A program made the position numbers and the translations under genes. From the IMG/VR virus record IMGVR_UViG_3300012940_000007, positions 1 through 47,768 of that record: a stretch of 47,768 nucleotides of DNA. One strand, written 5' to 3'. A model generated the notes under the pieces. It was not told the origin of the DNA. It was given only the letters and a program-made list of their open reading frames with translations, and made no database searches. The stretch is from a virus. Its lineage: Duplodnaviria > Caudoviricetes. Below, piece by piece: positions 7,240 through 16,074 of this stretch. Each line of letters begins with the position of its first letter. Positions within the stretch are counted from its first letter, which is position 1.

Positions 7240-7364
7240 AACCCCTTCTCTGGAATTGCATTACACTAATAGCGGGGACCTTAGCTGCTCTGTCAATCAC
7301 TGTGTACATTCTAGCAGCAGCTGCCTTTCCTTTCGTAGTAATTTATAAACTTATTTGGGGATGA
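7236..7364 (+). CDS. Small membrane protein (42 aa)
   Basis: GAGGA RBS; MKPLLWNCITLIAGTLAALSITVYILAAAAFPFVVIYKLIWG. Confidence 0.6.
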   Translation: MKPLLWNCITLIAGTLAALSITVYILAAAAFPFVVIYKLIWG

Positions 7365-7636
7365 ATATGACTGACATTCAAGAACTTATTAAATCCTATC
7401 GTAAGAGTGCCACATATTGGCAGATTGATGCTGAGATGTCCTTTGCTCAAGCCCTCCTGAAGGCTCGTAATGAATTGTCCCTGAAGGATAAGGAGATGGC
7501 AGAAATTATTGGGTGCTCTGAGAAACATCTACAGAGTATTTATGACTACGAGGCAGAGCTTGAATTGATCCACATGATAAGCATTGCCATGAAGATAGGT
7601 AAGAAGGTGGTTATCTCCCTGGAGGATGTGGAATGA
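7361..7636 (+). CDS. XRE-family helix-turn-helix protein
   Basis: LLKARNELSLKDKEMAEIIGCSEKHLQSI...ISIAMKIGKKVVISL fits an XRE/HigA-type HTH. Confidence 0.7.
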   Translation: MNMTDIQELIKSYRKSATYWQIDAEMSFAQALLKARNELSLKDKEMAEIIGCSEKHLQSIYDYEAELELIHMISIAMKIGKKVVISLEDVE

Positions 7637-8046
7637 AATCTCCTGAGTTTGATGTAGAAATAAGAATGCCCTTCTGCCCCTTTACCTTAGTCACAAGCAA
7701 GAGGGGGCTCAAGAAGGTATTCAAGAGCTTGAATGTAGAGGCTGACCCTGATAAGCATTGGTGTGATGTGGGAGCAGGTAACACCCTTGAGCTGGTAATA
7801 GGTGGTGCTAACCTGTACATAGTAACACTGGATATTGAAAACCATGATAGCTTTCCCGGCTCTCTCGCACTCCTCGTACATGAGTGCGAGCATGTCAAAC
7901 AACATTATTTTAAATGGGCGGGACAAAAGAAACCTAGCTCGGAATATGAGGCCTATGTGATACAATCGATCTTTCTTAGCCTCTATCCCACATTTGCTAA
8001 GGGATGGGATAAGAAACTGAAGCAAGATCAGGAGAATGTGCTGTGA
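7633..8046 (+). CDS. Hypothetical protein with HExxH motif
   Basis: LVHECEHV...EYEAY, a zincin-like signature. Confidence 0.7.
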   Translation: MKSPEFDVEIRMPFCPFTLVTSKRGLKKVFKSLNVEADPDKHWCDVGAGNTLELVIGGANLYIVTLDIENHDSFPGSLALLVHECEHVKQHYFKWAGQKKPSSEYEAYVIQSIFLSLYPTFAKGWDKKLKQDQENVL

Positions 8047-8567
8047 AATACATCGAATCAAAGCCAAATGGCGACGGGACTATAACCCAGCAGGATTTAA
8101 AAGAGATTTTGTATTATGACCCGGAAACCGGACTTTTTACATGGAAGTCTTTTAGGGGATTCAAAGCCAAACAGGGCTCTATCGCAGGAAACAAGAAAAC
8201 AGATGGTTACGTAAAAATTACACTACTGGGCAAGAAGAGATCAGCGCACCGACTTGCTTTCTTGTATATGACAGGTTCAGTACCAAAACAAGTGGATCAT
8301 ATAAACGGGTTAAGAGATGATAACCGATGGTCTAATCTTAGGGCGGCCACTGGGCCTGATAACAACCGAAACCAAGGTATGCGGTCTGATAATAAATCAG
8401 GAGTTAAGGGGGTTTGCTGGTTGAAAGATAGATGTAAATGGGTTGCTCAGATAGAGGTATTGGGAAGAAATAATGTAATCGGCTACTTCCCCGACCTTAT
8501 TGGTGCTGAATTAGCAGTACGTAAAGCTAGAGAAGAACTTCACGGAGAATTTGCAAATCATGGCTAA
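8043..8567 (+). CDS. HNH homing endonuclease with AP2-like domain
   Basis: YDPETGLFTW...AHRLAFLY...VDHINGLRDDNRWSNLR...NKSGVKGV...HGEFA. Confidence 0.9.
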   Translation: MKYIESKPNGDGTITQQDLKEILYYDPETGLFTWKSFRGFKAKQGSIAGNKKTDGYVKITLLGKKRSAHRLAFLYMTGSVPKQVDHINGLRDDNRWSNLRAATGPDNNRNQGMRSDNKSGVKGVCWLKDRCKWVAQIEVLGRNNVIGYFPDLIGAELAVRKAREELHGEFANHG

Positions 8568-8943
8568 GTATATTGAATCTAAGTTGAACCCGGATGGAGT
8601 GACTTTTGACCATACGGAGGTTCGGGCGGCTTATACTGGGAACTCCACGATATTTTATAGGGGAGGACGAGAAAAGGAATACAAGATTATCCCGATTCCA
8701 GTTTGGCTTAATAACCTTCAATATAAGGTGGAGGTTGCAGACACCTACGGAATCCACGAATCATCCTCTACCCTGCGCGAAGGTGGCCCGGCGGTTGCGG
8801 AAATGCTTCTGGATAGGATTAAGGAGTTGGAGGCTGCACTGTCAGAGTTGGCAGACTGGGCATATTATGAAGTAGGGGCGGACGAAGACCTAACACCAGG
8901 GCTTACAGAGGCGCGTAAATTACTAAACAAGGAGCAGAAATGA
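8560..8943 (+). CDS. Hypothetical protein
   Basis: ATG 8560 (MAKYIESKLNPDG) after GGAG. Confidence 0.7.
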   Translation: MAKYIESKLNPDGVTFDHTEVRAAYTGNSTIFYRGGREKEYKIIPIPVWLNNLQYKVEVADTYGIHESSSTLREGGPAVAEMLLDRIKELEAALSELADWAYYEVGADEDLTPGLTEARKLLNKEQK

Positions 8944-9113
8944 CAAGAGAACAGTTAGAAAAAGCAATGCGTGAGGCATACAGACTGGGACAGGTGTACT
9001 GCGAACAAGCCGATAGCGAATATGTAAGCCACAACCGTAAATCAGAACAAACCGCGATTAAATTCGAGTCGCTTGTTGATGACACTATTAAATCAATTTG
9101 GGAACCAAAATGA
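8940..9113 (+). CDS. Hypothetical protein (57 aa)
   Basis: AAGGAG RBS; MTREQLEKAMREAY...; ATGA overlaps at both ends. Confidence 0.7.
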   Translation: MTREQLEKAMREAYRLGQVYCEQADSEYVSHNRKSEQTAIKFESLVDDTIKSIWEPK

Positions 9114-9574
9114 ATATTGATAATTTAGAAAAGCTGGCTATGGAGGCAACGCCGGGGCCGTGGGTTACAAACCATACAGGACACATCGGACCTATGCAGT
9201 CAGACGGTTTTGTATATAATCTTGGGGAAATATACAATTCTGAGGATAAGTATTTTATCGCCGCCGCAAACCCCGCCGCTATTCTGGAATTGATCAGCAT
9301 TAATCGGGAGTTGGTTGCTGCGCTTGAGCTTCAAGTGAATTTTGATGAGCACGAATATAGCAGGCAGGTTGTAGATAATATTTCTCTTCGTGTTCTCGAC
9401 AAGATAGGTAAGACAATTAGCTCTGGTTCAGATTACACATCACCAGAATTGGATTTAGAACTTACAGATGACGCGATAAAACTAGCCTTAATGGCGTGGT
9501 TTGATAATAAAACCACCGACGAGGATGCTATGAGGGAAGCGATTAATGCATCAATAAAAAGGAGCAAACAATGA
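9110..9574 (+). CDS. Ead/Ea22-like protein
   Basis: LEKLAMEATPGPW...FIAAANPAAILELI signature. Confidence 0.7.
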   Translation: MNIDNLEKLAMEATPGPWVTNHTGHIGPMQSDGFVYNLGEIYNSEDKYFIAAANPAAILELISINRELVAALELQVNFDEHEYSRQVVDNISLRVLDKIGKTISSGSDYTSPELDLELTDDAIKLALMAWFDNKTTDEDAMREAINASIKRSKQ

Positions 9575-10221
9575 GTGAATTTAAATATGTACCGGTTGAG
9601 ATATTAGATCGCTTCCCGGAACTCAACATGAGCAACTATGGTCCGGATGACGTAGACGAACTCAATGCATGGGGTATTGAACTGGTGCTTGCCGAAGCCC
9701 CCACTCAGCCATCCCCCGCCGAATTCGATAAGGAACCGATACTTACTCAAAAGGGTGACATCAGATTTATGGATGGTGTCTGGTGGCTATGTACAGACCC
9801 AGATATAAACCGGTGGATCAGTGCGGGAGAACCATCTACGATGGAAGCGGTGCGCAATGCGGCGCTAGACGAGGCTGCTAAGATTCCGCGTCAATATGCG
9901 GAGCAGTTGGATGCCGGCATCTTTGGCGCTAGATTTCCCGAGGCGACAACCCACATTTTTAACGCCAGCACAAATATGGCCGACAAAATTCGCGCCCTGA
10001 AATCCCAGCCAGCCCAGCCGAGCGATAGTCAAGCGGATGTTTCGGATGTAGAGAAGGACGCGGCTAAGTATCGCTGGTTGCTTTCACAGATGCAGGTTGG
10101 ATCGGTGAGTACTATGTTGCCCTTATATCGTACAGCGCACTGGATTGGTTACGAGCCGTGCGCTGATGTAAAAGACGTAGATAGTGCCATTGAAACAGCA
10201 ATGCGCGCACAGGAGGGGTAA
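9571..10221 (+). CDS. Mosaic hypothetical protein (216 aa)
   Basis: VRNAALDEAA...IRALKSQP and KDAAKYRWL segments typical of temperate-phage accessory proteins. Confidence 0.7.
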   Translation: MSEFKYVPVEILDRFPELNMSNYGPDDVDELNAWGIELVLAEAPTQPSPAEFDKEPILTQKGDIRFMDGVWWLCTDPDINRWISAGEPSTMEAVRNAALDEAAKIPRQYAEQLDAGIFGARFPEATTHIFNASTNMADKIRALKSQPAQPSDSQADVSDVEKDAAKYRWLLSQMQVGSVSTMLPLYRTAHWIGYEPCADVKDVDSAIETAMRAQEG

Positions 10222-10421
10222 TGACACAAGCCAAAGGAAAGGTATTCATTGATGTCGAAAAGGGGGTTCACGGAGGTTACTCCCTCTATGTAGGAGATAA
10301 GGATTCTGGACACAGGATCGCTGGCAACAAACCATTTGGGGGAAGTTACACCATCCATCGGTTTGAAATTGATGCTAACGAATTAATAGAGATCGCAAAG
10401 AAATACGGGAGGATTAAATGA
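10221..10421 (+). CDS. Hypothetical protein
   Basis: GGAGGGG RBS; TAATG coupling. Confidence 0.7.
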   Translation: MTQAKGKVFIDVEKGVHGGYSLYVGDKDSGHRIAGNKPFGGSYTIHRFEIDANELIEIAKKYGRIK

Positions 10422-10624
10422 GAGATTACATATCGGATTCATGTGATGATTCTTATAGGCAGGGGTGGCTAGAGTGTGCAGCATGGGCGGAGAGGGATGA
10501 TCTAGTAGCAGATATAGATAGTCCTGCTTATATAGGGCTGAGAAACTTTAGAATTCAGACTATCAAGGATTTATTGAGGATTATGTTAGATCAACCGTTA
10601 CCACCTACAGAAGAGCAGCCATGA
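10418..10624 (+). CDS. Hypothetical protein
   Basis: GGAGG RBS; ORF track. Confidence 0.65.
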   Translation: MRDYISDSCDDSYRQGWLECAAWAERDDLVADIDSPAYIGLRNFRIQTIKDLLRIMLDQPLPPTEEQP

Positions 10625-10854
10625 CACCCCTCCCCCACATCCCGCTCCCCTATGAATACATCGACCCACGGGGAGTTAAATGGCATCCGTATGAAGTGAT
10701 ATTCGATACGCCAGAAGGGGAATTCGGAATGCACTTATACGCGATTAACGATGAACACGCCGCCGCAATGCTTCAGGACTTGAAGGAAACCGGGCGGATT
10801 AGCGGGCAGACGATAAATCAGTACTCCGAATTTAAAGAACCAGACGAGGAATAA
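10621..10854 (+). CDS. Hypothetical protein
   Basis: ORF track; ATGA overlap. Confidence 0.65.
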   Translation: MTPLPHIPLPYEYIDPRGVKWHPYEVIFDTPEGEFGMHLYAINDEHAAAMLQDLKETGRISGQTINQYSEFKEPDEE

Positions 10855-10856
10855 TT

Positions 10857-11069
10857 ATGACGACAGATACGATTAGAGAAAAGTTTGAGGCGTGGTTTGA
10901 CAATAACACAATGGGTTGGACGGAAGAAGATAAAGTCCTGAGCCGTGTGACGTGGGAAGATGCCTACCAACAAGGCCAGCGCGACCTGATCGAGGCGATG
11001 GAGCAATACACCACGATCATGAAAGACGGGACGCCACTCTACCGCCTACCAGAGGACACGCAGAAATGA
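10857..11069 (+). CDS. Hypothetical protein
   Basis: GAGGA RBS; REKFEAWF motif. Confidence 0.65.
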   Translation: MTTDTIREKFEAWFDNNTMGWTEEDKVLSRVTWEDAYQQGQRDLIEAMEQYTTIMKDGTPLYRLPEDTQK

Positions 11070-11347
11070 CAGATGATGAAATTGTAGACAAGGTGTTCAC
11101 ATGTATGGAGGAGGGAGGAACGGCATTCGGGCTTAACCCCCAAGAGTGGACAGAGCTAGTGCTAGATTGGCTAGTGAATAATATAGACCTCTCCTCTGCT
11201 CATTACACATTCCTGTTTTCTAAGGAGACATGTAGGACGGCCTTGAAGGGGAGGGTGAGAGCACGTATGGTAGACTATGTGAGAAATCTGATTGATAATG
11301 CAGATCGTGATAGCATTGAACAATGGGGAGTTGTAGATGAGTCATAA
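11066..11347 (+). CDS. Hypothetical protein (93 aa)
   Basis: ATG 11066 (MTDDEIVDK) after GAGGA; preferred over the longer track start. Confidence 0.65.
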   Translation: MTDDEIVDKVFTCMEEGGTAFGLNPQEWTELVLDWLVNNIDLSSAHYTFLFSKETCRTALKGRVRARMVDYVRNLIDNADRDSIEQWGVVDES

Positions 11348-11546
11348 ACTAGCTAAGAAGACCCGTAAGTTAATGAAAGCCTGGGGTAGGGATTTTAGGC
11401 AAGCGGAGTATTCTGAGATAATCCCTCCCTATACTAAACTTGGGTTTACAGTTACCAACACAATCCGTTTAGGAAATTGTGACAAGCTGCTGTATAAAAT
11501 GTATAAGAAACGATTCGAGGATGGGAATGTCATCAACGTGTATTGA
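11337..11546 (+). CDS. Basic hypothetical protein
   Basis: GGGGAG RBS; ORF track. Confidence 0.65.
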   Translation: MSHKLAKKTRKLMKAWGRDFRQAEYSEIIPPYTKLGFTVTNTIRLGNCDKLLYKMYKKRFEDGNVINVY

Positions 11547-13188
11547 GAAGATTGAATGTCCTAAATGCGGGTCTAGTGACGGGAATCAAGTATTCCATAG
11601 CGAGAAGGATGGCTATACTTCCTACTGCTTCTCTTGCTCCACGTACGATGGGGACCCGTATCGGGATAAACCAAAGGATTACAAACCTGTTAAAGTGGGC
11701 AAGACAGCAGAGCAGATAGCACAGGAGCTAAAAGAGATTGGGCAGTATCAGACTAAAGACCTACCTGATCGTAAGCTGAAGAAAGGTAGTCTGGAATACT
11801 TTGGTGTTAAGACAGGAGTATCGGAGTCGGATGGACAAACTGTAGTATCGCATTTTTATCCGTACACCAAGAACGAAGAGATTGTAGGATATAAGGTTAG
11901 AATCGTTGAGGGTAAAAAATTCTTTAGCCTAGGCACCATGAAGGATGTGGATGCCTTTGGATGGTCACAAGCTAAGCTGACAGGATCACGTAAGCTGTTC
12001 ATCACTGCTGGGGAGATCGACTGCTTATCCCTCTTCAAGATACTGAAGGACTACCAAAGAGGGACACAATATGCTAATGACGATCCTGCTGTAATCTCTG
12101 TCCCCAAGGGGGAGGCAGGGGCTGCTGAATTCATCTCTAAGAATTACAGTAAGTACTCTAAGATGTTTAAAGAGATTGTGTATATCGGAGATCAAGATGA
12201 ACCCGGTAAGAAAGCTGCAAAGGAAGTATCTATCCGTTGTCCAGGAATTCTTACAGTAGACCTCCCTGTTAAAGACATATCTGAGGGATTGGTTAAGGGG
12301 ATTAGCAAAAGAATCGCGCAAGCGTGCCTATTTCAATCAGCTCCCCCTAAAAATACAAGGGTTATCTCCGCCACTTCTTTGTACGAAGAAGCCTTGAAAC
12401 CACCTGAATTCGGTTACCCTTATCCGTGGAAGGCACTGACCAAGATTACACGAGGTATTAGGCTGGGGGAATCAGTCTATTTCGGCTCTGGTGTTAAGAA
12501 CGGTAAGTCAGTGGTGGTTAATGCCCTGGCAGCTCATGCCATAACGAATCTGGGGTGGAGTGTAATGTTGGTTAAGCCAGAGGAGCAGGTGGCTAAGACG
12601 TATAAAATGGTGGCAGGGCAAGTGGCAGGAGTGCCTTTTGATAACCCTGAGATTGAATTCAACAGGTCTGCTTTTGACTCGGCTGTCAAAAAGATAGGGG
12701 ATAAGCTATTCCTCCTAGATGCTTATCAAGAGATTTCTTGGGGTACATTGAAACAGGATATTATCTACGCGGCCTCTCAGGGGGTTAAGATGGTAGTCAT
12801 CGATCCAATCACCAACTTAACCAACAAGTTAGATGCAGCCACTGCTAACACAGAGCTTCAAAGCATAGCTCAAGAGATATCCAGCTTAGCTATGGATTTG
12901 CAGATAGCAGTGTTTTTATTCTGCCATCTAAAATCCCCCGATAGCGGTCCTCCTCATGAACGTGGGGGAAAAGTATTATCTCACCAGTTTGCCGGGAGTA
13001 GGGCTATGATGAGGAGTTCTAACATCATGATCGGCCTTGAGGCCAATCGTGACCCGGACCTCCCTGAAGAGCAGAGGAACTTACGTAAGTTAGTAGTACT
13101 GGAGAACAGAGAAAGTGGGGAGACAGGTGTAGTGAATCTGTCTTGGAGCAAGAGTACCGGATTGTTTACCGAATATGAGGAACTATGA
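11527..13188 (+). CDS. T7 gp4-like primase/helicase
   Basis: Zn ribbon CPKC...CFSC; TOPRIM (ITAGEID, GDQD); SF4 helicase GSGVKNGKS, IDPIT, CHL, GSRAM, ENRESG. Start chosen from the GAGG RBS. Confidence 0.93.
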   Translation: MSSTCIEKIECPKCGSSDGNQVFHSEKDGYTSYCFSCSTYDGDPYRDKPKDYKPVKVGKTAEQIAQELKEIGQYQTKDLPDRKLKKGSLEYFGVKTGVSESDGQTVVSHFYPYTKNEEIVGYKVRIVEGKKFFSLGTMKDVDAFGWSQAKLTGSRKLFITAGEIDCLSLFKILKDYQRGTQYANDDPAVISVPKGEAGAAEFISKNYSKYSKMFKEIVYIGDQDEPGKKAAKEVSIRCPGILTVDLPVKDISEGLVKGISKRIAQACLFQSAPPKNTRVISATSLYEEALKPPEFGYPYPWKALTKITRGIRLGESVYFGSGVKNGKSVVVNALAAHAITNLGWSVMLVKPEEQVAKTYKMVAGQVAGVPFDNPEIEFNRSAFDSAVKKIGDKLFLLDAYQEISWGTLKQDIIYAASQGVKMVVIDPITNLTNKLDAATANTELQSIAQEISSLAMDLQIAVFLFCHLKSPDSGPPHERGGKVLSHQFAGSRAMMRSSNIMIGLEANRDPDLPEEQRNLRKLVVLENRESGETGVVNLSWSKSTGLFTEYEEL

Positions 13189-13676
13189 TTACACAAGATA
13201 GGTTAAAAGAAATACTGCATTACGACCCAGAGACGGGAGTATTCACCTGGCTAGTGAGCCCCAGCCAAGGTACCAAGAAAGGAAAGGTAGCCGGACATGA
13301 CCATAAATCTTCCGGTTACAGGGTTATCGCCATAAAACGGAAATTGATACCCGCTCACAGATTAGCATTCCTATACATGACCGGATCAATCCCTGAATTT
13401 GTTGATCACATTAACATGATTAAGTTGGACAATCGTTGGGTTAATCTCCGACCAGCTACTAAGAGTGAAAACAATAGAAATCAGAAGTTAAGGAAAGATA
13501 ATAAATCAGGGGTGAAGGGGGTTAAGTGGAACAAGGCCAATAAGAAGTGGCAGGTTCAGATCACGGTAAATGGTCACCGCATGCACTTGGGGCTATGGGA
13601 TGATTTAGAGGCAGCAGAGCTAGTATCAATTCTCGCAAGAGAGAAGTATCACGGGGAGTTTGCTAACTATGGTTAA
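13185..13676 (+). CDS. HNH homing endonuclease with AP2-like domain
   Basis: YDPETGVFTW...AHRLAFLY...VDHIN..KLDNRWVNLR...NKSGVKGV...HGEFA; paralogue of 8043-8567. Confidence 0.9.
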   Translation: MITQDRLKEILHYDPETGVFTWLVSPSQGTKKGKVAGHDHKSSGYRVIAIKRKLIPAHRLAFLYMTGSIPEFVDHINMIKLDNRWVNLRPATKSENNRNQKLRKDNKSGVKGVKWNKANKKWQVQITVNGHRMHLGLWDDLEAAELVSILAREKYHGEFANYG

Positions 13677-14150
13677 TCTTGAGCAGTTCTACACAGACAA
13701 TCGCAGGTCATACATCAGTCGCCTTAACAAGTGGATCGGTCAATCGTCCGCAGAAGATTGTTTTCAAGAGGCCATTACGAGAGTGATGGAGAGATGGGAA
13801 TTGTTCTCTGAGTATGATGAAGAGCAGTTTGAATATAAGTTTTATGGGGTGTTACGGAACTGCGTTAGGGATGAGCGGAATGCTTTACGAGGAACCTATT
13901 ACGAATCTATTGATGAGTTCCAACACCCTTGTGAAGACATTCACATTCACAAACCTACGATGTACAATGAAGTTGTGTTTGCAATCGAGAAGGAAGAGGA
14001 TGCAACAGTAAAAAAATCCTAGACCTTTTCTTGTTGCAGGGCTACACTATAAAACAGATTGGCAGTGTAGTGGATATGACATACTTTCGGTGCTACCGGA
14101 CCATCGAAAAGTTTCGGAAAAGGTTGAAAGGCCGGTTAATAAAGGAATAG
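13669..14150 (+). CDS. ECF-like RNA polymerase sigma factor, split by a -1 frameshift at 14010-14016
   Basis: Frame 0 has region 2 (SAEDCFQEA...LRNCVRD) and stops at 14022. The -1 frame gives ILDLFLLQGYTIKQIGSVVDMTYFRCYRTIEKFRKRLK (region 4 HTH) to TAG 14150. About 160 aa when joined. Confidence 0.75.
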
Positions 14151-14157
14151 GGTTATC

Positions 14158-16053
14158 ATGAAAAAGGTTTATGTCGGTGACTTGGAGGCGGATAATCTCC
14201 TCGAGGATGCTACTAAGATACATTGTGGAGTGTTCTCTTCATTGGATGGAAAGGATGTAAAGTTCTTTGGTCCTGACGAACTTGATTCAATGATAGCTTT
14301 CTTAGAGACGTGTGATGTACTCATCTTTCATAACGGTATTGGTTACGACTTCCCCTTGATGGAGAAGATTTTAGGCTACAGTTACAAAGGAACTAAAGTA
14401 GATAGTTTGCTTATGAGTCGGTTGTTAAACCCCAACAGGGTATTACCACCTAATGCAGAAGATAGGTCAGCAGGACCTCACTCCCTTAAATCCTGGGGAT
14501 ACCGAGTAGGGATTAGTAAGCCAGACCATGAAGACTGGAGTGTTTTCTCTCCTGAGATGAAGCACAGATGTATTGAAGATGTCAAGATTAATGTACTAAC
14601 TTACCATGCCCTATTGAAAGAGGCTAAAGAGAGCGGAGGGGGATGGGGCAATGCCTTTAAACTTACTTTTAAACTCTTCGAGAACCTACAGAAGCAAGAG
14701 CAGTATGGCTGGAGGTTTGATACACCATATGCTACTAGGGTGGTAGAGCAGCTAGAGAGAATGGTGGCTAGGATTGATAAGTTGATTGATGATCAAATCC
14801 CTGTCATCCTAGAAGTAGATGAGACAAAACTCAAGGGAGAATACGCTTGGGTTAAGAAGCCATTCCTGAAGAGCGGTAATTACTCAGAAAGCGTAGAGAC
14901 ATGGTATGAGCGTACACAGCTCTCTAGGGACGATGTACAGGTTTGGGGACCCTACACTAGGGTGTCTACCAGAAAACTTAACCTGAACTCTCTGGACGAG
15001 ACTAAGGACTACCTGCTAGAATTGGGGTGGGTGCCTGAAGAGTGGAACTTCTCTAAGAAGACCGGGGAGAAGACAAGCCCTAAGATTGGTCAGGACGAGG
15101 AGTTTGAGGGGTTGGATACAGGGGTAGGAAGGTTCCTAGCTAAGAGGTTTCAATGTAGGCATAGAATCAGTAATATCCAAGGGCTGATTAACATAGTTAG
15201 ACCAGACGGACGTATCTCTGCCTCTATTGCATCCTTGGCAGTGACAGGAAGGGCTAAGCACAGAGGGATTGTGAACATCCCTGGGGGAGATTCCTTCATG
15301 GGCAAGCAGATGAGGAAGATGTTTATAGCATCAGAAGGTAAGGTGTTAGTATCTGCTGACTCATCAAGTAACCAGCTAAGACAATTAGCAGCACGAATGG
15401 GAGATGATTCCTACAAACATACAGTTATTTACGGGAGTAAAGAGAAAGGTGATGATGTATATTCAGTTAACGCCAAGTTGGCAGGACTTAAGAGCAGGGC
15501 TCAAGGAAAGACTTTCACTCTTGGGGTGTTATTCGGTTCAGGAGATGCTAAAACAGGTAAGATTGTTGGTGGTTCCACAAAAGAGGGTAAGAAACTCAAA
15601 GAGAACTACTATAAAGCGTTGCCAGCAGTTAAGCGATTGCTGGATGATCTAAATAAAGAGTGGGATAAGACAGCCAAGACTAAGTTCAATCCCAAGTTTA
15701 ATCGTATGGAGAAGTATGGGGGATGGATTAGGGGGCTTGATGGAAGACCTATCCATATCGACTCCAACCATAAACTCCTAGTGTTCATGCTCCAATCTGA
15801 TGAAGCAATACAGATGTCTGCTGCATACAACATGATGTGGAAAAGATTGAGCAGAAGGTTTGAATATGGTGTACAATTCGGAGTAGTGTGTTTTTATCAC
15901 GATGAATACACTGTAGAATGTGATCCAGAGATTGCAGAGGAAGTGAAGCAGATCATGGAGGATTGTATCCGTGATGCTGGAGAGTTCTTTAAGATAGATT
16001 GCCCCCATAAGGGTGAAGGTAAAATTGGTAACAACTGGTGGGATGTCCACTAA
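14158..16053 (+). CDS. DNA polymerase family A with 3'-5' exonuclease
   Basis: Exo motifs DLEAD, HNGIGYD, CIEDV; TGR; motif A ADSSSNQLR; motif B RAQGKTFTLGVLFG; motif C YHDE. Confidence 0.95.
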   Translation: MKKVYVGDLEADNLLEDATKIHCGVFSSLDGKDVKFFGPDELDSMIAFLETCDVLIFHNGIGYDFPLMEKILGYSYKGTKVDSLLMSRLLNPNRVLPPNAEDRSAGPHSLKSWGYRVGISKPDHEDWSVFSPEMKHRCIEDVKINVLTYHALLKEAKESGGGWGNAFKLTFKLFENLQKQEQYGWRFDTPYATRVVEQLERMVARIDKLIDDQIPVILEVDETKLKGEYAWVKKPFLKSGNYSESVETWYERTQLSRDDVQVWGPYTRVSTRKLNLNSLDETKDYLLELGWVPEEWNFSKKTGEKTSPKIGQDEEFEGLDTGVGRFLAKRFQCRHRISNIQGLINIVRPDGRISASIASLAVTGRAKHRGIVNIPGGDSFMGKQMRKMFIASEGKVLVSADSSSNQLRQLAARMGDDSYKHTVIYGSKEKGDDVYSVNAKLAGLKSRAQGKTFTLGVLFGSGDAKTGKIVGGSTKEGKKLKENYYKALPAVKRLLDDLNKEWDKTAKTKFNPKFNRMEKYGGWIRGLDGRPIHIDSNHKLLVFMLQSDEAIQMSAAYNMMWKRLSRRFEYGVQFGVVCFYHDEYTVECDPEIAEEVKQIMEDCIRDAGEFFKIDCPHKGEGKIGNNWWDVH

Positions 16054-16074
16054 ACATTTATAGGAAATTAAACA

